A stretch of DNA of 64,000 bases, from contig JACKFJ010000001.1 of the NCBI GenBank assembly GCA_020632535.1, positions 154,890 to 218,889 of the forward strand, in the 5' to 3' direction. The DNA is from Candidatus Omnitrophota bacterium (GTDB lineage Bacteria > Omnitrophota > Gorgyraeia > Zapsychrales > JANLHA01). Positions 1 through 9,789 of the stretch are shown here, piece after piece. A program made the translations under genes and the position numbers. The notes under the pieces were generated by a model, which did no database searches, had not been told where the DNA came from, and worked only from the letters and a program-made list of their open reading frames with translations. The stretch's first letter is position 1, and each line of letters begins with the position of its first letter.

Positions 1-1
1 G

Positions 2-955
2 CTTAATAGCGTTCGCGCCAATATTAATTCGTATCATCAGCAAATCGAAGCGATTAAGAACACGCTTCATCAGGAACAGTTGCAGGAACAAGAGATTGGT
101 TTTCAGGAAAAAGCGATTCGTGATCGTTTGATGCAATCTTATAAAATTGATTTGGAAACGTATGTCGCCGAAATTGTAAGCGCGTCAGCATCTGGGGAAG
201 GTGAGCAGGATGCCGCTGGATCGTCTCAGTCGCAGGCGACGGAAGCTTCGCCAGTCTTGGATATCAGTGAATTGACTGTCGCGATTGATCGTTTGCGCAA
301 GCGTTGTGATTCCTTTGGATCTGTTAATCTCGTCGCGATTGAGGAATTTGATCAGCTTAAGGAACGGTTTGAGTTTTTAACCAAACAGCAAAGTGATCTT
401 TTGACTGCGAAAGATGCTCTACATCAGACGATAACGAAGATCAATCGTCAGACTCGGCAAATGTTTATGGACACGTTTACGAAAGTCAGTGAAGAATTTC
501 GTATTTATTATCGAATGCTTTTTGGTGGTGGCGAGGCACAATTGGTTTTACTTGATCCGGAAAATGTTTTGGAATCAGGCATTGAAATTATTGCTCGTCC
601 TCCGGGCAAGAAGTTGCAAAATATTTCTTTGCTGTCTGGTGGGGAAAAATCCTTGACTGCCATCGCGCTTATTTTTGGCGTTTTCAAAGTCAATCCAAGT
701 CCGTTCTGCGTTCTCGACGAAATTGATGCTGCTCTTGATGAATCCAATGTGGGACGTTTTGGATATCTTCTTAAAGATTTTGCTAAGATTGCGCAGTTTA
801 TCGTGATTACCCACAATAAGAAAACCATGGCCTGTGCGGATGTGCTTTATGGCATCACGATGCAGGAAACAGGTGTTTCGAAGCTAGTCTCGGTCAAGTT
901 TAAAGATCAGGAAAAAACTTTGTCCGACGAAGAAGTTGTCGCCGCCGCGGTGTAG
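2..955 (+). CDS. smc: Chromosome segregation protein SMC, C-terminal part (5' end upstream of window)
   Basis: The frame is open from base 2. ABC signature LSGGEKSLTAIALIFG and Walker B/D-loop FCVLDEIDAALD are present, preceded by coiled-coil-like sequence. Confidence 0.9.
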   Translation, partial: LNSVRANINSYHQQIEAIKNTLHQEQLQEQEIGFQEKAIRDRLMQSYKIDLETYVAEIVSASASGEGEQDAAGSSQSQATEASPVLDISELTVAIDRLRKRCDSFGSVNLVAIEEFDQLKERFEFLTKQQSDLLTAKDALHQTITKINRQTRQMFMDTFTKVSEEFRIYYRMLFGGGEAQLVLLDPENVLESGIEIIARPPGKKLQNISLLSGGEKSLTAIALIFGVFKVNPSPFCVLDEIDAALDESNVGRFGYLLKDFAKIAQFIVITHNKKTMACADVLYGITMQETGVSKLVSVKFKDQEKTLSDEEVVAAAV

Positions 956-987
956 AGTCGCGGTTTTAAATTTTAATCAATAGATAA

Positions 988-2190
988 TTAGTAATCGAGT
1001 GGCTCAGTTAGGCAAGTTTTGTTGCGGCCGCTAAATTTTGCAATGTACATGGACTTATCGGCATTTGCGATGAGTTCTTCTTTTGTTTGCGCGTCTTCGG
1101 GGAATGACGCTAAACCGATACTTACGGTCAGTTTGAGTTCTTGCGACAGAGAAGGAATTTTGAATAAATATTCTTCGATTTTTTGCCGTAATCGTTCAGC
1201 AATTTGAAAACTTTCCTTTTTGTTAGTTTGACAAAGAATAATAGCAAATTCTTCTCCACCATAGCGACAGATATAATCCGATTCGCGGGATGATTCATGC
1301 AGGATTTGCGCGATATTTTTAAGAATCCAATCGCCGTTTTGATGGCCGTAAGTATCATTGAGTTCTTTGAAATGATCAATATCAATCATCATGAGGCTGA
1401 GCGGCTGATTTGCTTTTTGAGTGGATATAATTTCTTTACTTAATTTTTCTTGAAAGTAGCCATGATTCCAAAGGTTTGTCAGGGAATCCGTGTGGCTTTT
1501 TTCGACGGTCATTTCATAGAGTCGTGAATTTTCAATTGCTAGGCTCGCGTGACCAGCGAGAAGAGAAAAAATACGAATGTCATCGGTTGAGATGGGTTTT
1601 TGGGTATAAAAATTATCAGCGACAATGAGGCCGTTGATTTTGCCCTTAGCGCGCAGAGGCATAATTAAAAATTCATTGCTTTGAAAGTTTTGGAGTAGCG
1701 GGTCGTGGTCGTATTGCAGTAATGATTCTTTGGTCAAATGCCAAGGAGTTCCACGGTGATAAGCGTCGACAAGCAAAAGTTTATTTTGACTGTCGAGCGG
1801 GAATTTAAGAGCTTTGAGGCGCTTTAAAAGAGCTGAGTCACTAAGGGTAGTTTCGACTTTGTCTTCGCGAATCAGATCTTCGATTTGCGGACGTTGATTT
1901 TCGATATAACTCCAAATTTTGTTTGCATGTTCGCCGGATTCAGGCCCAATGACCATTTCGCATTCTAGCGCATTGGTTTTGGGGTTCATGAGAAATAAAA
2001 TGGCGCGGTTGTAGCCAAGCCCAGAGTGTGACGTAACACCTGTAAGGATGATGTAGAGAATGTGCTCTAGCTCCAGTGTCGTTCGCATCGCGGAGCTGAC
2101 TTCATAAAGCACATTGAGCTCGCGATGGGCTTGCTCGAGTTGCTGTTGGGGGTCGGATTGGCTCATGAAGTTATTATGATGTGGATCCAT
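988..2190 (-). CDS. GAF domain-containing diguanylate cyclase (GGDEF)
   Basis: 400 aa. The C-terminal GGDEF domain has active-site RYGGEEFAIIL and DIDHFKELNDTYGH. The N-terminal ~200 aa are GAF-like. Confidence 0.85.
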   Translation of the reverse strand: MDPHHNNFMSQSDPQQQLEQAHRELNVLYEVSSAMRTTLELEHILYIILTGVTSHSGLGYNRAILFLMNPKTNALECEMVIGPESGEHANKIWSYIENQRPQIEDLIREDKVETTLSDSALLKRLKALKFPLDSQNKLLLVDAYHRGTPWHLTKESLLQYDHDPLLQNFQSNEFLIMPLRAKGKINGLIVADNFYTQKPISTDDIRIFSLLAGHASLAIENSRLYEMTVEKSHTDSLTNLWNHGYFQEKLSKEIISTQKANQPLSLMMIDIDHFKELNDTYGHQNGDWILKNIAQILHESSRESDYICRYGGEEFAIILCQTNKKESFQIAERLRQKIEEYLFKIPSLSQELKLTVSIGLASFPEDAQTKEELIANADKSMYIAKFSGRNKTCLTEPLDY

Positions 2191-2344
2191 TTTTTGTATA
2201 GCGTGAAAATAGCACGCCCCTCAAATATTGTCAAGATAAGGGCATTGAATTATTTTTGAATGGTATTTTGTTTAATATTGTAAAGTATTGCGGTAGATAT
2301 GTTTAAACGCCTACAATTTACGTTCTTTCTGTGGTAGCGTTTCC

Positions 2345-2372
2345 TTGACAGGGTTATAAAATGTGTTATACT
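2345..2372 (+). promoter_or_regulatory. Sigma-70-type promoter candidate for cvpA-dnaG-rpoD
   Basis: TTGACA (2345-2350), a 16-nt spacer, then extended -10 TGtTATACT (hexamer 2367-2372), about 30 nt upstream of the cvpA ATG. Confidence 0.5.
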
Positions 2373-2403
2373 CTAACAACTTCCAACAAAAAGTAATAAA
2401 TTC

Positions 2404-2979
2404 ATGTCTGAAAAAATTTTGACAAGTTTGAATTGGCTCGATGTGCTGACAATCTTTGTTATCATCGCTATTTTGTATCGTGGCGCTGTGCAAGGTTTTG
2501 TTGTTGAGCTTTTTAAAATATTCGGCGCTTTTTTAGCGACTGTGATCGCGGTTCATTATTATGGGCGTGCCGCGGAGGCTTTGTATCAAACGTCAGCTCT
2601 TCCCATCAAATGGGGTGAGACGATAAGCTTTATTCTGATTGTCATTCTTGTGATTTTGGTTTTTAAGTTGGTGCGTGAAGGTTGGCTTTTAATACTTAAA
2701 GTTGAAGCAAAGGGTGCTTTTAGTCAATGGGGTGGTGGGTTTGTCGCTTTTTTTCGTTCTTTTCTAATGTGTGGATTACTGTTTTTTGTGATCGCATTGC
2801 CGCAAATAAGAACGATGAACGCATTTTCTGAAAGTTCATTGACTGGGCATTATTTTCGTGATCTTTCCCCCACAGTTTACAAGGCTACTTATGAAGGGGT
2901 TATTCAGAAATTTTTCCCTGATGAAGTGTTCAATGAGAAGGCCTTAAAAATCTTTGAAAAAGAACCAACGAAAAAGTAA
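2404..2979 (+). CDS. cvpA: CvpA family membrane protein
   Basis: The N-terminus LNWLDVLTIFVIIAILYRGAVQGFVVELFK is typical of CvpA. Four hydrophobic segments are present. Confidence 0.75.
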   Translation: MSEKILTSLNWLDVLTIFVIIAILYRGAVQGFVVELFKIFGAFLATVIAVHYYGRAAEALYQTSALPIKWGETISFILIVILVILVFKLVREGWLLILKVEAKGAFSQWGGGFVAFFRSFLMCGLLFFVIALPQIRTMNAFSESSLTGHYFRDLSPTVYKATYEGVIQKFFPDEVFNEKALKIFEKEPTKK

Positions 2980-3067
2980 TTTGATTTGTACAGGAATTGG
3001 GGCGATGGGTTTGCCTGTCGATTCGATAGGATCGATTTCATTTAAAAGACGGCCATGAGATTGCGCG

Positions 3068-4840
3068 ATGGGATTGATACCACAGGAAATTATTTCTCAG
3101 ATTTTAGATCGCGCGAATATTGTGGAAGTGATCGCCGGATATATTCCGTTGAAACAGGCAGGGCGCAACTTTAAGGCACCATGCCCTTTTCATCACGAAA
3201 AAACACCGTCTTTTGTCGTGAACTCTGATAAGCAAATCTTTCATTGTTTCGGATGCGGGGTCGGCGGCAATGTCGTGACATTCGTGATGAAGCAAGAGAA
3301 GATGGAGTATCCGGAAGCGTTAAGATTTTTAGCGGAAAAGACCGGAATCGAAATTCCAGCGACAGCAGTGAAAAATAATCATGTCGCCGAACTCCGTCAG
3401 CAAATTTTAAGTGCTAATGATTTTACATCGAAGTATTATCATCGCAATTTGATCTCTGATAAAAGTGATTTAGCTAAAACAGCGCGTGAGTATCTTAAAG
3501 GCCGTGGTTTGAGTCTTGAGAACGTGACAAAATTTCAATTAGGGTTAGCGCTCGAGGGATGGGATGGTCTGTTGAAATCCTTGCGTGAGCAGAATTTTAG
3601 CCCCACCTTTTTGGAAAAAGCAGGACTTGTCATTGCAAAGAATCAAGGTGCGGGTCATTATGATCGTTTTCGGGAGCGTATTATTTTCCCGATTCTCAAT
3701 GCTCGCAGTGAGGTGGTCGCTTTTGGCGCCCGATCGTTAAGCACGGACAATCCCGCAAAATATATCAATTCGCCGGAAACGCCGCTGTACACCAAAGGGA
3801 ATTTTCTTTATGGGCTCAATTGGGCGAAGGATGCAGTAAATATGCAGGATGCGGTTATTGTTGTTGAAGGTTATATGGATTTTATTTCACCCTTTGCCGC
3901 GGGTGTTGAAAATATTGTTGCGTCTCTCGGGACGGCATTGACGGTTGAGCAAATCCGGTTGATTCGGCGGTACACCAAAAATATTGTTATGCTTTTTGAC
4001 GCGGATCCGGCCGGACAGGCCGCGATGATGCGAAGTTTGGATCTTTTGGTTGAAGAAGGCATGACTGTTAAGATTGCGGCTTTGACAACAGGTGAGGATC
4101 CCGATTCTTTTGTAAGAAAATTTGGCGCGGAAGCTTTTGTCAAATGTGTTGAAAACGCGCAATCGTTATTTGATTTTAAAGTTCAATTTTTGACCAAACA
4201 GTATCCAGCGGATACGATTGAAGGTCACGCGAAAATTGCCGGTGAAATGCTCACGACGATCGCGAAGTTTGACAACGCGATTATACAGGCAGAATATTTG
4301 AAGAAATTGTCACACGTTTTAATGGTGGATCAAGACGCTCTTTCTGTGGAACTGAAAAAAGTAAAGCCGTCTGGTTTTCGGGCTCCGCTTGCGGTTGTTC
4401 CGGTCAAGACGGTGAGTCAACCGATTCGACAGGTGGAACATAATCTCTTGCGGCTTATGCTGGAAGAAAAAGATTTTGTTTCATTGAGTCGTCGGGATAT
4501 TGCATTGACGGACTTGCAAAACACCCATGTTCGTGATATTGTTGCTAAGATTTTTGAGATTTTCGATCAAGGTCGTGAGCCAACACCACCGGCCTTGATG
4601 AGTTGTTTTGAAGAACAGGATATTCTTGACATGATTTCTGGGATTGTGGCGTCGGAAGATTCAATCGCCGGGGACAGGCACAAGATGTATCGTGACTGTA
4701 CTTTGCGGCTTCGACAGGAGAATCAAAAAAGCCAGCGGCAGGAAATTTTGCGGCAGATGGAAGTCGCCCGCAATAATGGCGACCACAAAACCCTTGAACA
4801 ACTTTCATATGCTTTTAACCAATTAATTAAGGGGACATAA
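3068..4840 (+). CDS. dnaG: DNA primase
   Basis: CHC2 zinc finger CPFHHEKTPSFVV...FHCFGCGVGGNVVTF. TOPRIM region VEGYMDF...LFDADPAGQAA. 590 aa. Confidence 0.95.
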   Translation: MGLIPQEIISQILDRANIVEVIAGYIPLKQAGRNFKAPCPFHHEKTPSFVVNSDKQIFHCFGCGVGGNVVTFVMKQEKMEYPEALRFLAEKTGIEIPATAVKNNHVAELRQQILSANDFTSKYYHRNLISDKSDLAKTAREYLKGRGLSLENVTKFQLGLALEGWDGLLKSLREQNFSPTFLEKAGLVIAKNQGAGHYDRFRERIIFPILNARSEVVAFGARSLSTDNPAKYINSPETPLYTKGNFLYGLNWAKDAVNMQDAVIVVEGYMDFISPFAAGVENIVASLGTALTVEQIRLIRRYTKNIVMLFDADPAGQAAMMRSLDLLVEEGMTVKIAALTTGEDPDSFVRKFGAEAFVKCVENAQSLFDFKVQFLTKQYPADTIEGHAKIAGEMLTTIAKFDNAIIQAEYLKKLSHVLMVDQDALSVELKKVKPSGFRAPLAVVPVKTVSQPIRQVEHNLLRLMLEEKDFVSLSRRDIALTDLQNTHVRDIVAKIFEIFDQGREPTPPALMSCFEEQDILDMISGIVASEDSIAGDRHKMYRDCTLRLRQENQKSQRQEILRQMEVARNNGDHKTLEQLSYAFNQLIKGT

Positions 4841-6439
4841 ATGCAGAGCAAAGAATTAAAAGCTGATATTGATAAGCTGATCGCGCTCGGTAAAAAGAAA
4901 GGTTTTTTGACCTATGATGAGGTCAATGAAACTCTTTCTGAAAAGATCGATTCTTCGGAAGAGATCGATAAGGTCTTTGAGATTCTTGATGGTAAAAACA
5001 TTAAGGTTTTAGAGTCTGATGACGATTTTGAGGAAGGCGCGACGCCGGCGGCCGATGATGATGCGGATTCCGAAGATGAACCCGCCGCCCGTCAGGTTGA
5101 AGAGCCTGCGCGTGAAGATGTCGTCGATTACGCGGACAAATTTATTCCGCTAGACGATCCAGTCAAAATGTATTTAAAGCAAATGGGATCGATTTCCCTT
5201 TTGACTCGTGAAGAAGAAATCACATTAGCGAAACGCATTGAAGAAGCTGAACAGAGATTGGCGGAAGCATTATTTATGACTTCATATGCCCGCAAATCTG
5301 CTTTGGAAATGATCAATAGAGTTTTAAATGGCGAAGTCAATGTTGAAGACGTTGTTAAAGACGAATTGGAAAGACGTCCAAAATTGATTCGCGATTTGAA
5401 TCGTATTATTAAAAAAGTTCGCGCCAGTCGCGTGGGAACAGTTCAATCAGCAATGACGCTTGCGGAATTCAAATTGACCGCGGCCTTTAACGAAGAGATC
5501 ATCGTGCAAATTGCGGATTGGGTTGACCGTTTAGAACGAATTGAACATGCTCTTAAAGCTCGTCGAGTGGTCGCGGATATTGCTGGACTTCGCAAAGAAA
5601 AAAAGCAAATCCTTAAAGACCTTGCAGATCCTGTTAGTAAAATCAAAGAGCAGTTGCGTGTTATTAAGATTCGTCAAGCCAAGTTTAATAAGGCAAAGAA
5701 GCTTCTTGTTGAAGCCAATCTGCGCTTGGTTGTCAGTATCGCGAAGAAATATATTAATCGCGGACTTTCATTCTTGGATTTGATTCAGGAAGGCAATATG
5801 GGTTTGATTCGCGCTGTTGAAAAATTCGAATACAAGCGCGGTTATAAATTTTCAACATACGCTACGTGGTGGATTCGCCAAGCCATTACGCGCTCGATTG
5901 CGGATCAAGCCAGAACAATTCGTATTCCGGTGCATATGACCGAAACGATTAATAAAATCATTCGTGTGTCTCGTCAATTTGTGCAAGAGAGCGGGCGTGA
6001 ACCTTCTGCTCAGGAAATCGCAAAGCAAATGCGTATTCCCGTCGGTAAGGTTAAAGAAATCTTAAAGATTTCTCAGGTTCCGATCTCATTACAAACGCCG
6101 ATTGGCGATGAGGGGGATACTAACTTTGGTGATTTCATCGAAGATAAAAAGGCTGTTTCGCCGGCAAACGCGACATTGCATTCGATGCTAAAGGAAGAAA
6201 TTGGTGCGGTTTTGCAGACGCTTGATGAACGCGAACGCAAAATTTTGGAATTGCGCTTCGGCATTCATGACGGAACAAGTCGCACGCTTGAGGAAGTCGG
6301 TAGTGAATTTAATGTGACGCGTGAGCGTGTTCGTCAAATTGAATCTAAGGCTCTTCGCAAGTTGCGTCATCCGAGCCGTTCTCGACGCATCAAGTCATTT
6401 ATTGATATGTCATTGCGGGAAGCTGAAAATACAGCGTAA
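4841..6439 (+). CDS. rpoD: RNA polymerase sigma factor RpoD (sigma-70)
   Basis: The start follows the dnaG stop directly. Region 2 has [39 protein letters not shown]. Region 4 has [28 protein letters not shown]. An acidic N-terminal spacer is present. Confidence 0.95.
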   Translation: MQSKELKADIDKLIALGKKKGFLTYDEVNETLSEKIDSSEEIDKVFEILDGKNIKVLESDDDFEEGATPAADDDADSEDEPAARQVEEPAREDVVDYADKFIPLDDPVKMYLKQMGSISLLTREEEITLAKRIEEAEQRLAEALFMTSYARKSALEMINRVLNGEVNVEDVVKDELERRPKLIRDLNRIIKKVRASRVGTVQSAMTLAEFKLTAAFNEEIIVQIADWVDRLERIEHALKARRVVADIAGLRKEKKQILKDLADPVSKIKEQLRVIKIRQAKFNKAKKLLVEANLRLVVSIAKKYINRGLSFLDLIQEGNMGLIRAVEKFEYKRGYKFSTYATWWIRQAITRSIADQARTIRIPVHMTETINKIIRVSRQFVQESGREPSAQEIAKQMRIPVGKVKEILKISQVPISLQTPIGDEGDTNFGDFIEDKKAVSPANATLHSMLKEEIGAVLQTLDERERKILELRFGIHDGTSRTLEEVGSEFNVTRERVRQIESKALRKLRHPSRSRRIKSFIDMSLREAENTA

Positions 6440-6457
6440 ATGATTCGTGGTCAATTT

Positions 6458-6497
6458 AAAAGCCCTGCATCGAAAGATGTGGGGCTTTTAAATTTTT
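6458..6497 (+). terminator. Rho-independent terminator candidate after rpoD
   Basis: AAAAGCCC..(inner CATC GAAA GATG)..GGGCTTTT hairpin followed by AAATTTTT. Confidence 0.6.
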
Positions 6498-6570
6498 AGG
6501 TATTCTCAGTTCGGGATAAACTTAGGATGCGTTCTATGATTATATTGGGACTTGTGATATATTTAATGCG

Positions 6571-7536
6571 ATGAAAATTCCACGCCTGATAATTTCTTTG
6601 TTTTTGGTCTATAGTGTTTTTGGCCAATTATCTTATTGTGCGATGGCTTCTGCCACTTCGGAGGAAGTTACACGCGCAAATGATCCAGAAGCTCTGCTTA
6701 AAATCAACACAGTTGTACAGGAAATTTATGATGGTATCATCGCCGCCAAGCCTAAATTTAAGGAACTCGCGACATTTGGTGAGAAAAATTTAACAAAGAA
6801 TGAAGGCGGATTCTTGACAATCACGTATGAAACAGAAGTCCCGTCATCGGGAGGGACCACTTTCCCATATAAGTTTAAATTAGATGTTGAGCCGATCAAA
6901 GCCAAGACATATGTTTCGCATAATGGATATTTTAATTATACGATGCCGCTTTTGGATTTGCAGTTTTCGGGATATATGATCAAACATCCTTTACGTCGAC
7001 AATTTGATATTAAAACTCTTTTGGATCAATTTGCTGAAGTGATGGCAGATTATCAACAGCAGTTTATGCCTTTGCGTTTTATGATTCTTCCTGAAAAGGA
7101 TACATATCAGGTACGGGAACCGATACGTTTTAAAGTTATTTTGGCAAATGTTTCTGCGCATAATATTTTGGTTAAGGGGTTGGGTGAATCCAGCCTTTAC
7201 TTTACGTTGAATCGTGATGTTTGGGGAACGCAATCGGGAGATGTAAAAATGGTTGAGAGTTTAACTCCATTTCAACAAGCAATTAGAGATCAAGAGGCAG
7301 TTGCTCAACAATTGCGCAGTATGTTTGGAGGTCAGAGTCAGGGTGAAACAACTGTTGTGGGTAAAAGGACAAAGGTTGGCGATCAAACAATTTTACGTGC
7401 GAATGAAGCTTTGACTATTGATTTTGTTGGTGCAGGGTATAAAAAAGCTCAGGATGTTGAAATTCGTGGTATTTATCAGCTTAATATTAAAGGTTTGCGT
7501 CCCACCGGTCACACCACTTTAAAAATTGTCGAGTAG
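6571..7536 (+). CDS. Hypothetical secreted protein
   Basis: 321-aa ORF with an N-terminal hydrophobic signal-like segment MKIPRLIISLFLVYSVFGQLSYCAMA. No family recognised. Confidence 0.6.
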   Translation: MKIPRLIISLFLVYSVFGQLSYCAMASATSEEVTRANDPEALLKINTVVQEIYDGIIAAKPKFKELATFGEKNLTKNEGGFLTITYETEVPSSGGTTFPYKFKLDVEPIKAKTYVSHNGYFNYTMPLLDLQFSGYMIKHPLRRQFDIKTLLDQFAEVMADYQQQFMPLRFMILPEKDTYQVREPIRFKVILANVSAHNILVKGLGESSLYFTLNRDVWGTQSGDVKMVESLTPFQQAIRDQEAVAQQLRSMFGGQSQGETTVVGKRTKVGDQTILRANEALTIDFVGAGYKKAQDVEIRGIYQLNIKGLRPTGHTTLKIVE

Positions 7537-7718
7537 ATTCGTTCTCTTATTCCCGAGACAGATCCCGCCCAAAAGTTATTGAATCTTGAGACCTCTTGTG
7601 ATATTGTAAACAATCATCTTAAAGGAAATTTTGAGCTTAATGCCTCTTGTCCTTAAGGATAGGATTGTTGGTATATTTGTTTTTTCGAAATTGGGCCTAT
7701 AGTCGCGCAGTGTTTTGA

Positions 7719-7808
7719 GGGCCTATAGCTCAGTCCCGTGAGAAACTCACGGGATTTCGTGACCGAGGACGAAATGTCCGAGGGAATGCCGCGGCATCTG
7801 GGCGCGGC
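7719..7808 (+). repeat. Upstream duplicate of the first 17 nt of the tRNA(CAU) gene, followed by three short hairpins
   Basis: GGGCCTATAGCTCAGTC at 7719-7735 is identical to 7869-7885. A shorter GGGCCTATAG copy lies at 7693-7702. Hairpins lie at 7734-7754, 7755-7774 and 7788-7808. Confidence 0.8.
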
Positions 7809-7868
7809 CCCGCATAAAGTAATTCTAAGTTTTAGGATGCGTGGCTCAATCGGTTGGAGTTGGACGTC

Positions 7869-7942
<74 letters not shown>

Positions 7943-7956
7943 GTAAAATTTTTAAA

Positions 7957-8054
7957 GGAGTCTCTAGGTCTTGGACTCATAGCTCAGCCCTATAATGTTT
8001 TTATAGGACTTTGCTATGAGTATGGAGTTTCTAGGTCTTGGACTCATAGCTCAG
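7957..8054 (+). repeat. 31-nt direct repeat (leader plus first 15 nt of tRNA-Val), two copies 67 nt apart
   Basis: GGAGT(C/T)TCTAGGTCTTGGACTCATAGCTCAG occurs at 7957-7987 and 8024-8054 with 1 mismatch. The first copy continues into a 47-nt hairpin (ACTCATAGC...GCTATGAGT enclosing CCTATA..TATAGG) instead of a tRNA body. Confidence 0.85.
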
Positions 8055-8113
8055 CTGGTTAGAGCGCTGCCCTCACATGGCAGAGGTCGTAGGTTCAAGT
8101 CCTACTGAGTCCA
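8040..8113 (+). tRNA. tRNA-Val (CAC)
   Basis: Acceptor GGACTCA/TGAGTCC, D-arm GCTCAGCTGGTTAGAGC, anticodon stem-loop CTGCC CTCACAT GGCAG, T-arm GTAGG TTCAAGT CCTAC. Confidence 0.9.
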
Positions 8114-8152
8114 TATTATATTAATCCGTTTCTTACAGAAGGATAAAGCCAA

Positions 8153-8881
8153 GTGATCGAAACGCTTTCCATTAAAGAGCAGATTAAGAAACTGATTGAA
8201 TTGCAAAAACTCGACGGTGATATTTATGCGCTCAAAAGAGAGTTGAGAGAAAAGCCAGAATATTTGGTGAAACTTAAAGAAGATTTTGAAAATAAAAAAG
8301 CGAATCTAAAACAGCATGAAGAGCAGTATAAGACTCTGCAAGTCACGCATAAAACTTTGGAAGGTGATCTTAAGACTCAAGATGACGCGATTGCTAAATT
8401 TAACGCCCAATTGTCATTATTAAAAACCAATAAGGAATATACCGCTAAGCTTCATGAAATCGAAAATTTTAAAGCTGATCGATCCATTGTCGAAGATAAG
8501 ATTCTTCTTTCTTATGATGCTTTAGATGCGACCAAGGCTAATGTAGACAAAGAGAAAGTTGTTGTGGCAGAAGAGGAAAAAAAATATCTCGCGGAGAAAA
8601 AAGTTATTGAAGATTCCGTTAAAATTTTGGAAGATAAGGCAAAAGTTTTAGAAAGCCAGCGCGCTATGATTGCCCCATCGGTACCAAAAGCGATTTTATC
8701 GCGCTATGATCGTGTTTTGGAACATACGGATGGGTTGGCAATTGTTCCGGTCAAAGATGGTACTTGTGGCGGATGTTATATGACGGTTCCTGCGCAAGTC
8801 GCAAATCAGATTAAGATGAGTAAGGAATTGGTTTTTTGTGAAACGTGCGCGCGTATTATCTATTTGGTCGATGATCTTTAA
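8153..8881 (+). CDS. Coiled-coil protein with C-terminal C4 zinc ribbon (DUF164/COG1579-like)
   Basis: GTG start. A long coiled-coil region is followed by CGGCYMTVPAQV...FCETCARIIY. Confidence 0.75.
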   Translation: MIETLSIKEQIKKLIELQKLDGDIYALKRELREKPEYLVKLKEDFENKKANLKQHEEQYKTLQVTHKTLEGDLKTQDDAIAKFNAQLSLLKTNKEYTAKLHEIENFKADRSIVEDKILLSYDALDATKANVDKEKVVVAEEEKKYLAEKKVIEDSVKILEDKAKVLESQRAMIAPSVPKAILSRYDRVLEHTDGLAIVPVKDGTCGGCYMTVPAQVANQIKMSKELVFCETCARIIYLVDDL

Positions 8882-8895
8882 TTTGAAGGTTTGTC

Positions 8896-9369
8896 TTGAG
8901 TGAAAAAATTTTAGAAATTTTTACAGATGGTGGAGCCAGTGGCAATCCGGGTCCGGCGGGAATAGGGGTCGTGATTAAAGCCAATGGTCAAACCGTTCTG
9001 GAAATTTCGAAAAGTATCGGGGACGCGACAAACAATGTTGCGGAATATAAAGCGGTCATTGCCGCTTTAGAGGAAGCGGTAAGACGCGGCGCGGAAAAAG
9101 TTTTTCTAAATACGGACAGTGAATTGGTGTGTTTCCAATTGACAGGCGCGTATAAAATTAAGAATGAAAGTTTGCTTGTTTTGGTTGAGCAAGTGCGTCA
9201 GTTGTCACGTAAGATCAAATCAGTTGAGATTAAAGTTATTCCGCGCGAGAAAAATTCGCAAGCGGATCGTTTAGCAAAGCAAGCTATTATTAAAGCTAAA
9301 AATCACCAGACCAAGGTGGTTGCCTCGAAGTCAATCTTCGGGGAGGAAAGTCCGAGCTCCACAGGGTAA
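8896..9369 (+). CDS. rnhA: Ribonuclease HI family protein (3' end overlaps rnpB)
   Basis: TTG start with GAAGG 7 nt upstream. Motifs: IFTDGGASGNPGPAGIGVVI, NNVAEYKAVIAALEEA, NTDSELV, QADRLAKQA. The last ~22 codons lie inside the RNase P RNA. Confidence 0.8.
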   Translation: MSEKILEIFTDGGASGNPGPAGIGVVIKANGQTVLEISKSIGDATNNVAEYKAVIAALEEAVRRGAEKVFLNTDSELVCFQLTGAYKIKNESLLVLVEQVRQLSRKIKSVEIKVIPREKNSQADRLAKQAIIKAKNHQTKVVASKSIFGEESPSSTG

Positions 9370-9718
9370 TGCATCCAGGTAACGCTGGACACTCGTCGGG
9401 AAACTGACGAGGAGGATTAGAGCCACAGAGACGAGCGAATTGCCTACGGTGAGTGTAATCATCGCAACTTTTTGCAATTTAGGAAAGCGATGATTACACG
9501 AGTATCACCGGAGGTGATACGAGTGAAACGAGCAATCTCTGCAGGGAGTAAGGCCAAATAGGGAGCGATGTCGTAAGACTGCGAAGTGACCCGCTTCGTT
9601 ATGAGCTCCGGGTAGGCTGCAAGAGTTGGAAAGGCGACTTTCCAAGTGAGTTGAATAACCATCGATCCCGCCATGAAATGAATCGGGAAGCACATAACTC
9701 GGCTTATTGGTCTGGTGA
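9303..9718 (+). ncRNA. rnpB: RNase P RNA, bacterial type A
   Basis: P1 pairing is TCACCAGACCA (9303-) with TGGTCTGGTGA (-9718). Conserved blocks match the E. coli M1 RNA blocks: GAGGAAAGTCCGAGCTCCACAGGG, CCAGGTAACGCTGG, GTAAGGCCAAATAGGGA, CCGGGTAGGCTGCAAGAG and ACATAACTCGGCTTAT. Confidence 0.9.
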
Positions 9719-9789
9719 GTAATTTATTATAGGAACGGATTCGACAATCCGAAAATTCAAATAAGTAATAAGCATTCAGGAGGATGTAA

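Noticed and set aside
7719-7868. Group I intron or a tmRNA/tRNA-like gene in the 150 nt between the two GGGCCTATAGCTCAGTC copies.
   Set aside because: It is too short for a group I intron. It has no tmRNA hallmarks (no GGGGCTGA 5' end, no tag ORF, no T-arm/ACCA 3' end). I could not fold a cloverleaf. It is left as an unexplained structured duplicate.
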